Part shown: positions 42,138-54,444 of the stretch, one piece after another
How the letters are laid out: each line of letters opens with the position of its first letter
Position numbering within the stretch: position 1 is the stretch's first letter
DNA from: Botryllus schlosseri
Lineage: Eukaryota
Direction of reading: 5' to 3'
DNA: 64,000 bases
Assembly (NCBI GenBank): GCA_051294905.1
Contig: CM119372.1
Location: forward strand, 24,182,001 to 24,246,000
The notes under the pieces: model-generated
The model's database searches: none
The model's input: only the letters and a program-made list of their open reading frames with translations
What the model was told of the DNA's origin: nothing
Program-made: the position numbers and the translations under genes

Positions 42138-42973
42138 ATGGAATTGTTACGGGTATCACCTTCGCTCAATGAAGAAATGGATGAAATTACATCCGGAGCA
42201 TATACTTTGGCCAGGAATTTTATCATGTACAAACTCGACGGGCCAAGCGTCAAGACAAATACCGAGGCGGAGAGGACGTTACGGCGAATTGCGGATGAAA
42301 TGTTCGAGCAACATCGAACTCTCTTAAACGCACTCTCTAAACGTCTCCGTTACAGTGACGGTGAAATCGATGAAAAATATGAAGAATATTCACCCGATGA
42401 GCGGATGTTCTTGATCATAGCTGATGAAATTTCGAAAGATAACCAAGAAAATTGGGGTCGGATTGTCTCTCTCTTTGTGCTCGGTAGCATTCTTGCTCGC
42501 AAAAACGAGGATGAGCGACACGGCGAGCATATAGAAGGTATCATACGATCAGTCGGGAATTGCATTGGTAGTAGAAAACGAAAGTGGATATAGGATAATG
42601 GAGGATGGGTAAGCGATTCTACATGCCTTGCTTTGGATTTAGGGATTATCATTTAGCACGAGGCACAGTGAATCTTCTCTATAGAGCCTCCATCATCTCT
42701 CGATAATGAAACTCATCTTCCGGCATCCCATTTGATTATGAATTTACATTTACCATAGGCCGCTACAATTTAGATTTCCAGCGCTCCGAAATTGGAATTG
42801 CCCGGCAAGTACGGTAATTTTATTCTGCAAGATCATGAAGGCATATACTTTTGTTTCAGGACAGTTTTGTAGGATTTTTTGATAACGCAGCTTTCGGTGA
42901 CAGTAAAGTTTGGAAGGGCCACATATTTGCTGGAATTAGACTGAAGTTCATTGTATTGGCACTAACAAGATAA
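42138..42973 (+). pseudogene. Bcl-2-family (MCL1-like) gene copy A, two exons (42138-42608, 42860-42973), premature TAG at codon 152
   Basis: BH3 LRRIADEM, BH1 NWGRIVSLF, BH2 WI*DNGGW|DSFVGFF with the intron after GGW typical of the family; TAG at 42591-42593 where copy B has GAG. Confidence 0.9.
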
Positions 42974-43649
42974 TAGATAGGCTATTCATTTATTATCGGC
43001 CCACCTCATGGAATATTTTAAATATTACAATTTTGCGTCGTATAATTACATCTATTCTGCTGTAGGACGGATGTATGGTCTTCTGAGATTACTTGAAATA
43101 TAGCCCCGTATAAAAACCGTCTTTATCTGAGAACGTTTGCATTTTTCAAAATTCTCCAGCTACGTCAGAGAATTGTTAGGTTACCTAGAAAAAGCTGCAG
43201 GTCAAAGTTGATCCGCTTCCGACCAGTATCGATAAGTGGTTATGACAGCTTAAAACTATCCAACTTACAACGCCAAATTTGATCAGTTCTCCACGACCAA
43301 ATATCGTTTTCTACAATTATGGTGTATATGGAACAAATGTAAATGTGGCTATGTTGTTGCTAGTAACGAGAATACGTCGCTCAGTAACTAATTTTTCGGC
43401 GATTCTGAACCTCTATACATACCAGTGAGCAAAGTTACATGAACCTGCGTTAACTTGTGGTGTTATGTACCTACCTACAATGTTATCAGACAGTAGCGAT
43501 CAAGACAAGTATTATGAAGTTAAGGAATAAGGACGCCATATTCTCACCTACAGATACATATTTGTTTGGAAAACATCGTGTTACGTGGCGAGTGTAATTG
43601 TTTCCTTAATGTTGTCTTATAGTCTCGACCATTCAAGTGCGCGCTAGAT

Positions 43650-44015
43650 CAGTTTGAGTTGGCGATATTCGAGATGATATCTCGCGAAGCTCTGCATGGA
43701 ATTCATGCATTGCTCGTCGATTCTTGTTCAATCGCTGTCGCTGAGGTTGATTGCGTTTAGCTGTTCCGGTCATTGAATAATTGAACATTAGGCGGTTCAT
43801 TTCAATTTCAAAAAACACCATTTGAACTACATTGCATTATTGGGATCCATGAGATAGCAGAAAGACATTACTGTAGCGCATCGATTCCCCATCTCTTCGC
43901 AGAGATTCCTGATCTGCACGGGAAGCATCTTGCAACTACTCAGATTGCATTATGCCACGCTAGACTTGTACAATATTTCGGTTACTGTTTTGTAGCAGGA
44001 GAAAATGCCATGATT
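43650..44015 (-). pseudogene. Remnant (last one and a half exons) of the duplicated LRR pseudogene in the left arm
   Basis: Reverse complement of about 49055-49420. Confidence 0.75.
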
Positions 44016-44291
44016 AGTTTTTGATTTTGTAAGTCCTAAATTAATAGAAATTATTATTCAAAAAGTTCAAACTTCAGTTCTGACTTTATGAGATTAAATA
44101 TAATTACTTCGTCGAAATGGTGGTATGGTGCTTGTAATAACGAATGTCTTTTTTCACAACAAGCTAGTTAATTAAGTCAATGACACAAGCTAATTAATTA
44201 ATTTTGTACAGGATTGCAAGATACAAAGATAATTGTTAGATTCGACAGCGGTAAAACAATTGTATTTGAATGTTATTTATTACTATATAAG

Positions 44292-46018
44292 CAGGGTTGC
44301 CATCGCCATGGACCCAAAAATAAGGACGGTCGAAAAATTAGATTAGCATTAAAAAGCGTTTTTGTACGTACTTGGTTTGTATTTATACGAACTGCGGCAT
44401 ATTACATTCAATTCATCTTATTGCTAATAATTTCGTCATTTTAATTCACCACATGACTGCGATACAATGAACAATAAGAAGGTATCGGACCGACTTGGAT
44501 TAGTCTTCGAAAGCAGACCCCCACCTGGCCTAGGCGATGTAAAAAGGAGGCATGCACACTGAATGAAAAGCAAAAGAAGCTAATATAAAAGTACAGGAGA
44601 CAAAAAAGTGGCATGTGTCGGAAGACGAGATCGATATGTCAGGTCGTAATCCGGTAAACTAGAGGGATGACAGGGGTTCATTCTGCATAAATTGTTTGTA
44701 TTTCGACTTGAATGTGGACATGTCATGCTCGATGACTGTCGGATAGCCGGCGAGATATTGTTTCAAAAATTGTGTCTGGCATATTTGATAGCGCGAGGAT
44801 GGTCTTTTTTGTCCACCATATGGTAGTTGGACGACGTGGACGCGCGCGCGCGTGTCGTGCATTTTTGATACCGAGATAAAGTTATTGAAGTTTTCGGGGC
44901 AGTAGCACTGATACATAAACTTGGCTATTTCTAGTTTCCACATATCTTTTATGTTTAGGACACCGAATCTTTTGAGCAGTGATTTGCTGGACACATCATC
45001 CCGGTCCCGTTGGGGCCCTGGTTATGATACGGAGAACCTGATGCTGTGATTTTTTCCGTGGCTCCAGTGCGCTAACACTGGCAGCCTCCACAAACAGATG
45101 ATGCCATATTGTTACTTTGTTTGGAATACTTTTTTCCAGAAACAAATCTGCTCTAGCGACTACTTGTTATTAGAAAGTGCTTCATGGATCTCAACACAGC
45201 TGAGGTCAATAGGTTAATTTTACTGGTAGCTGGGACTTGACTGTCATTTCGATCTTACGTCCATTTTGACAGGCTTGCCGAGCGCTAAATTTAATAAAAT
45301 GGTTATCAATGGAAAGCTGCACTCATTACGAAAAGATGCATTTTATTCTGCTCAGGGCCCTGGAACCCCCCAACCTTAAAAAAAGAAGTCTCGAGTTTTG
45401 CATTCGGATGGAGTTTGGCTTTGTCACGTAACTATGTAGTCTGGCTCTTTCTCTTGAGCTGCACTCTCCTTTTCCCAGACAGAATTGTTGTGTCACAATG
45501 GAAAATTCGAGGATGATTTTTGGGGTTCCGGGGCCATGAACAGAGTAATATTTATATTTTCGTAGTCAGTACACCAGCAGCTTTCCATTATTACCCATTT
45601 TATTAAAGTTAGCGCTCGGTAAGCCGGTCAAGAATGGCCGTCAAATTGCCTTTGGCCAAATAAAAAGTATGATATAAACCCAAATACAGTAATTTTCAAT
45701 CTCGCTGTGTCTATATACCGTTTAGGACACTATGATCTGACCACTTAGAAGTCAAATCCTGTGGTGTGTAAACGCCGGGAGTTCTTTTCATTTCTGATAA
45801 CATAAAATCTCGACGTAAAATCATTATTTTAGAATATTATGCAACACAGATACAACAGGAAAACGATCGAAGTTCTGCAGTTGTTAAAAATAAGACAAAA
45901 TAAGAACACAAGTCGAAAATAAGGACATTTCTTAGAAATAAGGACAGTTGAGTTTTTTAAGACATGGCCTTTCAAAATAAGGACAAATCTTAGAAATAAG
46001 GACGGTATGGCAACCCTG
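44292..46018. mobile_element. Composite hAT-type element private to the left arm
   Basis: TIRs CAGGGTTGCCAT / ATGGCAACCCTG, AAATAAGGAC subterminal repeats, perfect TSD TATATAAG (44284-44291, 46019-46026); empty site in the right arm at about 46508-46515. Confidence 0.93.
44450..45110 (-). mobile_element. Decayed 3' fragment of the CR1/L2-like LINE family found at 57281-58455
   Basis: KSLLKRFGVLNIKDMWKLEIAKFMYQ and MSTFKSKYKQ are shared with the 57527-58471 ORF; shared 3' UTR (GGCCTAGGCGATGTAAA..GCATGCACACTGAATGAAA). Confidence 0.85.
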
Positions 46019-47100
46019 TATATAAGTATTGGTATGGCTTTGTGACGATGTAAATAGTTGTGTCGTACGACATCTGTTTCGTATCGTCGCGCTTCGTACG
46101 CCGATAAGGAATACCTGGCTCATCCGACTTGTGTCTATTTGTCATAAACTATAGTTTAGATATTGTAAGTTTTAAGGTTGTAAGATGTAGTAAGCAGGAC
46201 GATGAGTATTTCACGTATTCTGTGAGTTGTATGACCATATAAAGTTTCCGAAGACATGCTCCGAATAAGGCTAGGAGTTTTACATGTAATAATTACATAA
46301 TACTGAAGCCGGTTACAGGATAATTAGGCTAAATTTTATCCATAACTTTAGAGGTCCGCTCTAGCAAAAAAGGAGAATGCGAAGACAATAAAGAGACAAA
46401 TCTGAGGATGCCGCCCACCCCCTCTGGGTTGGGAGTAAGTAAAAAGGATGAGGTGGGGGGCGGGCGGCATCCTCAGATTGTCTCTTTATTGTCTTCGCAT
46501 AGTAATACTTATATAGTAATAAATAACATTCAAATACAATTGTTTTACCGCTGTCGAATCTAACAATTAGCTTTGTATCTTACAATCCTGTACAAAATTA
46601 ATTAATTAGCTTGTGTTATTGACTTAATTAACTAGCTTGTTGTGGAAAAAGACATTCGTTATTACAAGCACCATACCACCACTTCGACGAAGTAATTATA
46701 ATTAATCTCATAAAGTCAGAACTGAAGTTTGAACTTTTTGAATAATAATTTCTATTAATTTAGGACTTACAAAATCAAAAACTAATATAGTTTTAAATCG
46801 TGGATAAATTCTATGTTACCTAGTGTAATTGGGATAACTCGATATTCTAATAGCGCGAAAACTGTATAATGGTTGACTATACTCTGCAAACAACCCTGAT
46901 TCAGTCATATGTTATTGGCATATACGTAATGGAGCAGTCCCAGCTTGAGTAATGAGTATATATGTCCCGTATTATTACTTTATCAGATGGGTTGAAATAT
47001 TGAAATGGCCCAACACGAAAATCGCATTGGTGCTTTGATTAGAGTGATCGTTAATTCTATTTTCTGATCACAAATTTATGACAATCCACATATCTTGAAG

Positions 47101-49430
47101 GTGATAAGACGATGAACCATCAATCAATACTTATGGATCAGTATGAAGTTGAAATTGCTTCTGGGGTCTGTCATCAAACTACGAATGAATTGGATGTAAA
47201 GAATATCGTGAATGATGGTCTCATAGAGAAATCCCACAGCTACGAGTGGGAATTCCGCCAATGCCATCTCAATGAAAACCTTGTAAAGATGCTATTGGAC
47301 AAAATTCGTGGATTCGAATTTTCGGTAAACAAATTTACACATTCCGCTCACAGTCACTGATAGTTTTAAATCCACGTTTAATTTAGGCATGTTATCCGTA
47401 AGACCCGGCTTTTGAAAAAAAAAACTGTCATCATCATCACATTGTTTCACATTGATAATGTGATTATGCATGAATTGAAGGTATCGTACCGAACAATGCT
47501 CAATTGTCCACCGGTGCAGCTATTTAACGCAATAGCCGTGCTAAACTAGTTAGAGTTGATTAGTTGTTAATTTTAGTTATTAATACCTCATTTCTGTTTT
47601 ATGCGACAAAATTTGGCATTCGTACAGAATCAAATAAAAAAGGCAGCGTCACAGATCACGATGGCATTGACAAACTCCTGCCAATCTTCTGCGAGTTGAT
47701 GAATGTATGTGCCTCGACGAAACTCAATCTGGAAGGAAGTAGCGGATCAGACGATTTACTCGTCGTTTTGAGTCAACTTATCCGGCAGCATCAGGTATTG
47801 GCGATGTTTAAAATAGGCACTAATCTTATAACACCTTTCGAAATGAGATTTCCTAATACCTCATTCCCATAGGTGAAATTGCAAAAACTCGATCTCAGCT
47901 ACAATCAAAACATTGACTTAACGCAACTCGTAACTATTATTTCAAACGATACAACCTATTTGTCACTTGTGAACTCGCACTTGCAGCCAAAAGATTTCGT
48001 TGCAATGCACGTCAAAAACAGGTAGGTGAGGGTCTTGTCTTGAGCGTTTGTTGTTGGAGAGTTGTCAATAGTCACACTATCTTTGAGTGGTTGAATAGAG
48101 TTCACTTGAGACGAATGACGGAAATTCTATTTTAATCCTAGAGCATTTCACTTATCTATTATGGCGTCACTGACTAACCAACATTTCTCTGTTGTTGGCT
48201 CGTAATGTTTGTCTTGATTTCTGATCAATTCTACTTGCAAATTGTCAGTTGCTCCGTATTCGTTTAGCTCCAACATCTCGACATCCATCTACAATCATCT
48301 GGATGAAGAGTGCATAGCAGCGCTGGTAGCCTTCTTTTGTAAAGACAATCCGGTTGCTCTTGTGAGAAAGGGATGCGACCTGACATCCGAGGAAATTAGC
48401 GCTTCTGATAGATTAGGTGATATCGGGGTAGCCACTCGTTTCCACAGTTTTGTGTGTCTTTTTGAAATAATTTACTGGATTTTTCAGGTTGAAAACCTCG
48501 ATCTGAGTTACAATACGGATTTCGAACCGGAAGGATTGGAAGAAAGCCGACGCTTCACAAGAAAGCATAACACGAAAAAAGTTCGGCTTTCAGCTTGCGA
48601 ATTGGATGAAGACTCTTAATCTCGTTGAAATGGTCTAGAAAATCACGAGGTAATTATTTCGACCTAGAACTGTTTTGTTTTCTTACAACCAAAATAATCA
48701 CGCATAGCGTAATACTAATGTGGAACTTTATCATAGTCAAGCATGGAATTTCATTTAGCGACCGAATTTATCATCAGTAAAGTATTTCTGATCACGTATG
48801 CTGGTAGAGAGGAACAATAATGCGTATAACCAAGAGATTTTGGGACGCGCATTCGTTTTTTTGGTAATTTCCGCGTTTCTTCAATATCCTATCGACCTTC
48901 CTTGTTTTTTTGTGTTACACCAGTTTTGCGATTAGGTGCAGAAATGGAAAAATATTATTATTACTTATCTATTACACCCGTCGAGTGGTGTGTAGTTCGT
49001 AAAATATATGAACGTCACACCCTGTTTTAGCTGTAATCGCTGGATTTTAGTAGAAATCATGGCATTTTCTCCTGCTACAAAACAGTAACGGAAATATTGT
49101 ACAAGTCTAGCGTGGCATAATTCAATCTGAGTAGTTGCAAGATGCTTCCCGTGCAAATCAGGAATCTCTGCGAAGAGATGGGGCATCGATGCGCTACAGT
49201 AAAGTCTTTCTGCTATCTCATGGATCCCAATAATGCAATGTAGTTCAAATTCGGTTTTTTGAAATTGAACTGAACCACCTAATATTCAATTATTCAATGA
49301 CCTGAACAGCTAAACGCAATCAACCTCAGCGACAGCGATTGAACAAGAATCGACGAGCAATGCATGAATTCCATGCAGATCTTCGCGAGATATCATCTCC
49401 AATATCGCCAACTCAAACTGATCTAGCGCG
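47101..49430 (+). pseudogene. Multi-exon leucine-rich-repeat pseudogene (RNI-like/NLR-type LRR exons)
   Basis: Exons starting after AG at 47873 (VKLQKLDLSYN), 48268 (LQHLDI, frameshift, YNHL), 48488 (VENLDLSYN), 49031 (L*SLDFSRN) and 49310 (LNAINLSDS); in-frame stops at 48617, 48626, 49034 and 49340. Confidence 0.8.
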
Positions 49431-50096
49431 CACTTGAATGGTGGAGACTGTAAGACCACATTAAGGAAACAATTACACTCGGCCCGCAACACGATGTTTT
49501 CCAAACAAATATGTATCTGTAGGCGAGAATATGGCGTCCTTATTCCTTCACTTCATAATACTTGTCTTGATCGCTACGGTCTGATAACATTGTAGGTAGG
49601 TACATAACACCACAAGTTAACGCAGGTTGCTGTAACTTTGCTCACTGGTATGTATAGAGGTTCAGAATCGCTGAGAAATTAGTTACTGAGCGATGTATTA
49701 TCGTTACTAGCAACAACATAGCCACATTTACATTTGTTCCATATACACCATAATTGTAGAAAACGATTTCTGGTCTTGGAGAACTGATCAAATTTGACGT
49801 TGTAAGTTGGATAGCTTTAAGCTCTCATAACCACTCATCGATACTGGTCGGAAGCGGATCAACTTTGACCTGCAGCTTTTTCTAGGTAACCTAACAATTC
49901 CCTGACGAAGCTGGAGAAATTTGAAAAATGCAAACGTTGTCAGATAAAGACGGTTTTCATACGGGGCTATATTTCAAGCAATCTCAGAAGACAATACATC
50001 CGTCCTACAGCAGAATAGATGTAATTAAACGACGCAAAATTGTAATATTGAAAATATTCCATGAGGTAGGCCTATAATAAATGAATAGCCTATCCA

Positions 50097-50931
50097 TTAT
50101 CTTGTTAGTGCCAGTACAATGAACGTCAGTCCAATTCCAGCAAATATGAGGCCCTTCCAAACTTTACTGTCACCGAAAGCTGCGTTATCAAAAAATCCTA
50201 CAAATCTGTCCTGAAAAAAAAGTATATGCCTTCAGGATCTTGCAGAATAAAATTACCGTACTTGCCGGGCAATTCGAAGTTCGGAACGCTGGAAATGGAA
50301 ATTGTAGCGGCTTATGGTAAATGTAAATTCATAATCAAATGGGATGCCGGAAATGAGTTTCATTATCGAGAGATGATGGAGGCTCTGGAGAGAAGATTCA
50401 CAGTGCCTCGTGCTAAATGATAATCTTTAAATCCAAAGCAAGGTATGTAGAATCGCTTACCCATCCTCCATTTTCCTCTATCCACTTTCGTTTTCTAGTA
50501 CCAATGTAATTCCCGACTGATCGTATGATACCTTCTATATGCTCGCCGTGACGCTCATCCTCGATTTTGCGAGCAAGAATGCTACCGAGCACAAAGAGAG
50601 AGACAATCTGACCCCAATTTTCTCGGTTATCTTTCGAAATTTCATCAGCTATGATCAAGAACATCCGCTCATCGGGTGAATATTCTTCATATTTTTCATC
50701 GATTTTAACGTGACTGTAACGGAGACGTTTAGAAAGTGCCTTTAAGACAGTTCGATGTTACTCGAACATTTCATCCGCAATTCGCCGTAACGTCCTCTCC
50801 GCCTCGGTATTTGTCTTGACGCTTGGCCCGTCGAGTTTGTACATGATAAAATTCCTGGCCAAAGAATATGCTCCGGATGTAATTTCATCCTTTTCTTCAG
50901 TGAGCGAAGGTGATACCCGTAATAATTCCAT
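50097..50931 (-). pseudogene. Bcl-2-family (MCL1-like) gene copy B, two exons (50461-50931, 50097-50210), premature TAA at codon 58
   Basis: Same structure as copy A; TAA at 50760-50758 where copy A has CAA; BH1 NWGQ; intact BH2 WIEENGGW|DRFVGFF and hydrophobic tail GLIFAGIGLTFIVLAL. Confidence 0.9.
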
Positions 50932-52835
50932 GGTTTGTGAGATAACAGCGAATCAGAGCTTAGTCAGAGATCTATGCTATCTTGAAATTGGTATCCAAAT
51001 ATTTGCTTGTTTTTCGAGGGACTGATGATACGCTTGAAATTACGAATTAGAACATAATCTCAGGTCAACACGAAGAAGATGTTTCCAGTTCCATAATACA
51101 TACCACATTAATGATATTTGTATATTTCTTCGACCTTCTCTATTTATGAAAATGTTCCGGATTAATTAATATTCCATGGAAATGGTGTGTGTATGTACGT
51201 GTTTTGAATTTCGTGTTACAGCGGATCCATATTTCACAGCTTTTTTGTGGGAAAGAGAGTCTCGAAACCAAATTTCTTATCCGTACTATAACTCCTACTG
51301 TAATTTCATTACTCGAATAAATAAAATTTTACTACTGACTCGAATCATTACAACAAATATAGTCAATTCGGATTACTCGAATCATTGCACCCGGCGCATC
51401 GACGATATTGCGACTTCTTGTCTACCCAATTCCAAATAATCACGGGTCAGTGTCGAAGAAAATTTTACGTACAACAATGTGTGGATCGGTACCATGACTA
51501 TTAGTCATTTTTTCAGGGATATTCGATCTCGCTATTCGGAAGGTGTCAGATAAACGTTTATTTTCTTTCCAAGAGCGTCTTGACTATCTTTCGGAGAGTT
51601 GATTTTACCAGCTGGGTGTATACTCTCATCTATATATGAGGATATTCCAGGGCACTGAGGATCGATTATGTATTTAGACTGCCTTTTCAGTTTTTAGACA
51701 AACTCGGCCCGCAACACTTACTTTTTAGTCGCCCGGAAATCGCTACTTCTTGTACTTGAATAGAAATTTGCTATGTTTTACTACTTTTACAACGGCCTGG
51801 ACAAAAGGTAGCAATTTAATCTGAATTGTACGATGCCTTTTTTATGATGCTGTGTGATTTATCTTGACCAAAAAATATCTAAATATATCGAAAAATTTGT
51901 AAAGTTCCACTAAGCGATACTTGAGTTCTAAATATTACCGCTCGACATGAGCCCACATGTTGGATATTATCGAAATAAAACGAATATCATTAGTCCTTAT
52001 TATCAAAGAGCGGGATATGGGCTAAATTTTTACGTAACTGAAAATCTCTATACATCTACTATAATTGAATCAAATTGTCAGACATCGTAGCTTATTCATG
52101 CCCTGCTCATGTTGCATGCTGTTCATTTATTTCGCAACGTCGCGAATGGTCACCGATTTTCTGTTACTGAAGAAATTGATGACGAAAGTTGATCGGTAAC
52201 GAATTACTCCTGCCTTTATCAGTGTATACTTTGATGGGGTTTGCCAACCCATAGTACTTATACTCAAGGGGTTATGCTTTAGAGCAGGTGTGAGCAAACT
52301 ACGGTCCGCGCGGGTGACAGGCGGATAACATTTCAGCGGCTCACGATAACATCAAGATGTAATTTTGAAGATATTGAGTAAATGTGTTGTGAAAATATAA
52401 TTGTTGCCTCGACTTGACTAAACTTATACTACAGTACTATATATTTTTATTGCGTGTGCAATAACCTGACTTCGGGGCCCACGCATTTTGAAAGGTAGTT
52501 CCTGGACATTCCATAAAGTTAAAATGGAAATGACTTATTTCGTATCGCGCTTATTACTTTCAGTGGTGTACTTGGAATCAGCGATCCATGCGTCTGTTAA
52601 GTAGATTCCACCTCTATTGGTACACTGTGCAGCTAGGCATAACTCATTCATAACTGGCGTCACAACCCAAAGTAATTTAAAATGCGAACAATTGAATATA
52701 AACGCTTTTCTTTCAATAAACAATCGAGCAAACATCAGTATTTCTATTGGGCGTTAAAGGTAACGTAGAATATATGACTTGTCAATGTAATAAAGTCGCT
52801 GCTGATTTCATATTACGAACTGCTACATGAAATAA

Positions 52836-54444
52836 CAGATGTGGTCAAAGTAGTCAAGAAAGCTACTCAAGTAGAAGTAGAAGTAGTGACGAAAAAATCT
52901 ACTCAAGTACGAGTAGAAGTACTTCTTCAATAAGCAACCTAAAACTACTTGAAGTAGAAGTAGAATTTACTGACTATTAAAGTACTCAAGTAAGTAAGTA
53001 GTTGTGAAAACGATCCTAATTCGTTCACATGGATTGTAAAAAAGGTGCAAATTGAGCTATGCGAAAGGTGACGAGCTTGATTCATATTGACGCATACCAG
53101 CAGGTATCCAATTTTCGAAAGCATAAGCATTCGTCGACATCACAGGATGAAAATTTTAGTATTATTATGGAGATGCGATACTTATCCTCTGTTTTCTCGA
53201 ACAACACGTTTTAGAAAATAGCATGGTATGGCATCATCCCAATCAGCAGGGGATTACGATAAGCGCCCTGCACGCAGGCGAACCGCGTTCGATTCCCGTC
53301 GGAGGTTTATCTGGGCTCCTCTTCCCCTGCCGTTGCCGTTCTTACGGCGACAAAAAAGCCCAGAAAAAGACCTGACGAAAGAAAGCACTCACAATGAATG
53401 GAAAAGAACTAGTAGAAAGGGCCGCGGCTTCAAAGAGATCAACATCGAAAAAGAACTGTGACATCGGGCACTCTAGGCCGAGGTGGATGTTAGAGTAAAG
53501 GATCGCTACTGATGCGTGTCGTTCTACATCCTCCTATCTGTTCATGACATCGCATTGTGTCTTATCGCATTGTACATTGTGTGTGACTTGTTCAGATAAA
53601 AATATAACCCAACCATGTTATGTTATGTTATTATAAGGTCCGTAGTTTAGTCGAAGAGCAATACGGAGAAGTTGAATAGGATACGGTTTGAACACTTTGC
53701 GCGATTAGTAAACGCTAATAAAAAAATGGGGGACCGTAATAATGCAATGTTGTGTAGCTTTATTTCTGGAAATTAAAGGCATTACTACACCTGCTTTTAT
53801 ACTTCAACATGTATTTTATCCAGACAAAAGAACTGATAATAATTATAACTCAGAAAGACCCAGAAAGTTTCAAAGGCAGAATGCTAAACAGCACTAAAAC
53901 TAACAAAAAAGTCAGAGTCCGCTTTTTCAGGTTAGGACGTGCCACGGACATGGTAGATTACGATATGACAAGTAAATGATAGATTGCGAAACATCAGTTT
54001 CAAACGATATGATGAGCCATATATACTGTGATGAATTATTTCATATGGGTGAAGAGCCACACGGTGGTGTGAACGGAATCACGCCAACCCGCTACCTAAA
54101 TTATATTCATCGATACTTTCGTCAAATCATACTGGTAACTCTGTATCCACTGCACGCGAAGCGCGACGAAAATTCTGGGCTATACTCAACTTTTATGAAA
54201 ATTAAATGTTGATGCTCCGAAAAACACCCCCGAAATTCCTCAGGCTATCTTTCTGATTGGAAGATTGAACTACTTCTACTTGACAAACTGAAAATAGCGA
54301 AAAGTAAGTAAGTAGATCACATATTATTACGAAGTATAGGTAGAAGTAGCGAAAATCAGATCTACTTGAGTAAGTACCAGAAGTAGAGGAAAACTACTTG
54401 AGTACTTCGAAAAAGTAGAAGTACTTCGTTACTGACCACCTCTG
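52836..54444. mobile_element. hAT-type element (AGTAGA-rich family) private to the right arm
   Basis: CAGATGTGGTCA / TGACCACCTCTG; perfect TSD TGAAATAA (52828-52835, 54445-54452); empty site in the left arm at about 40208-40215. Confidence 0.93.

Larger units (their letters stand above)
39483..46030. repeat. Left arm of a large inverted duplication
   Basis: 39483-44015 matches the reverse complement of 49055-55170, and 44013-44291 plus 46027-46030 match the reverse complement of 46504-46786. Confidence 0.95.
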
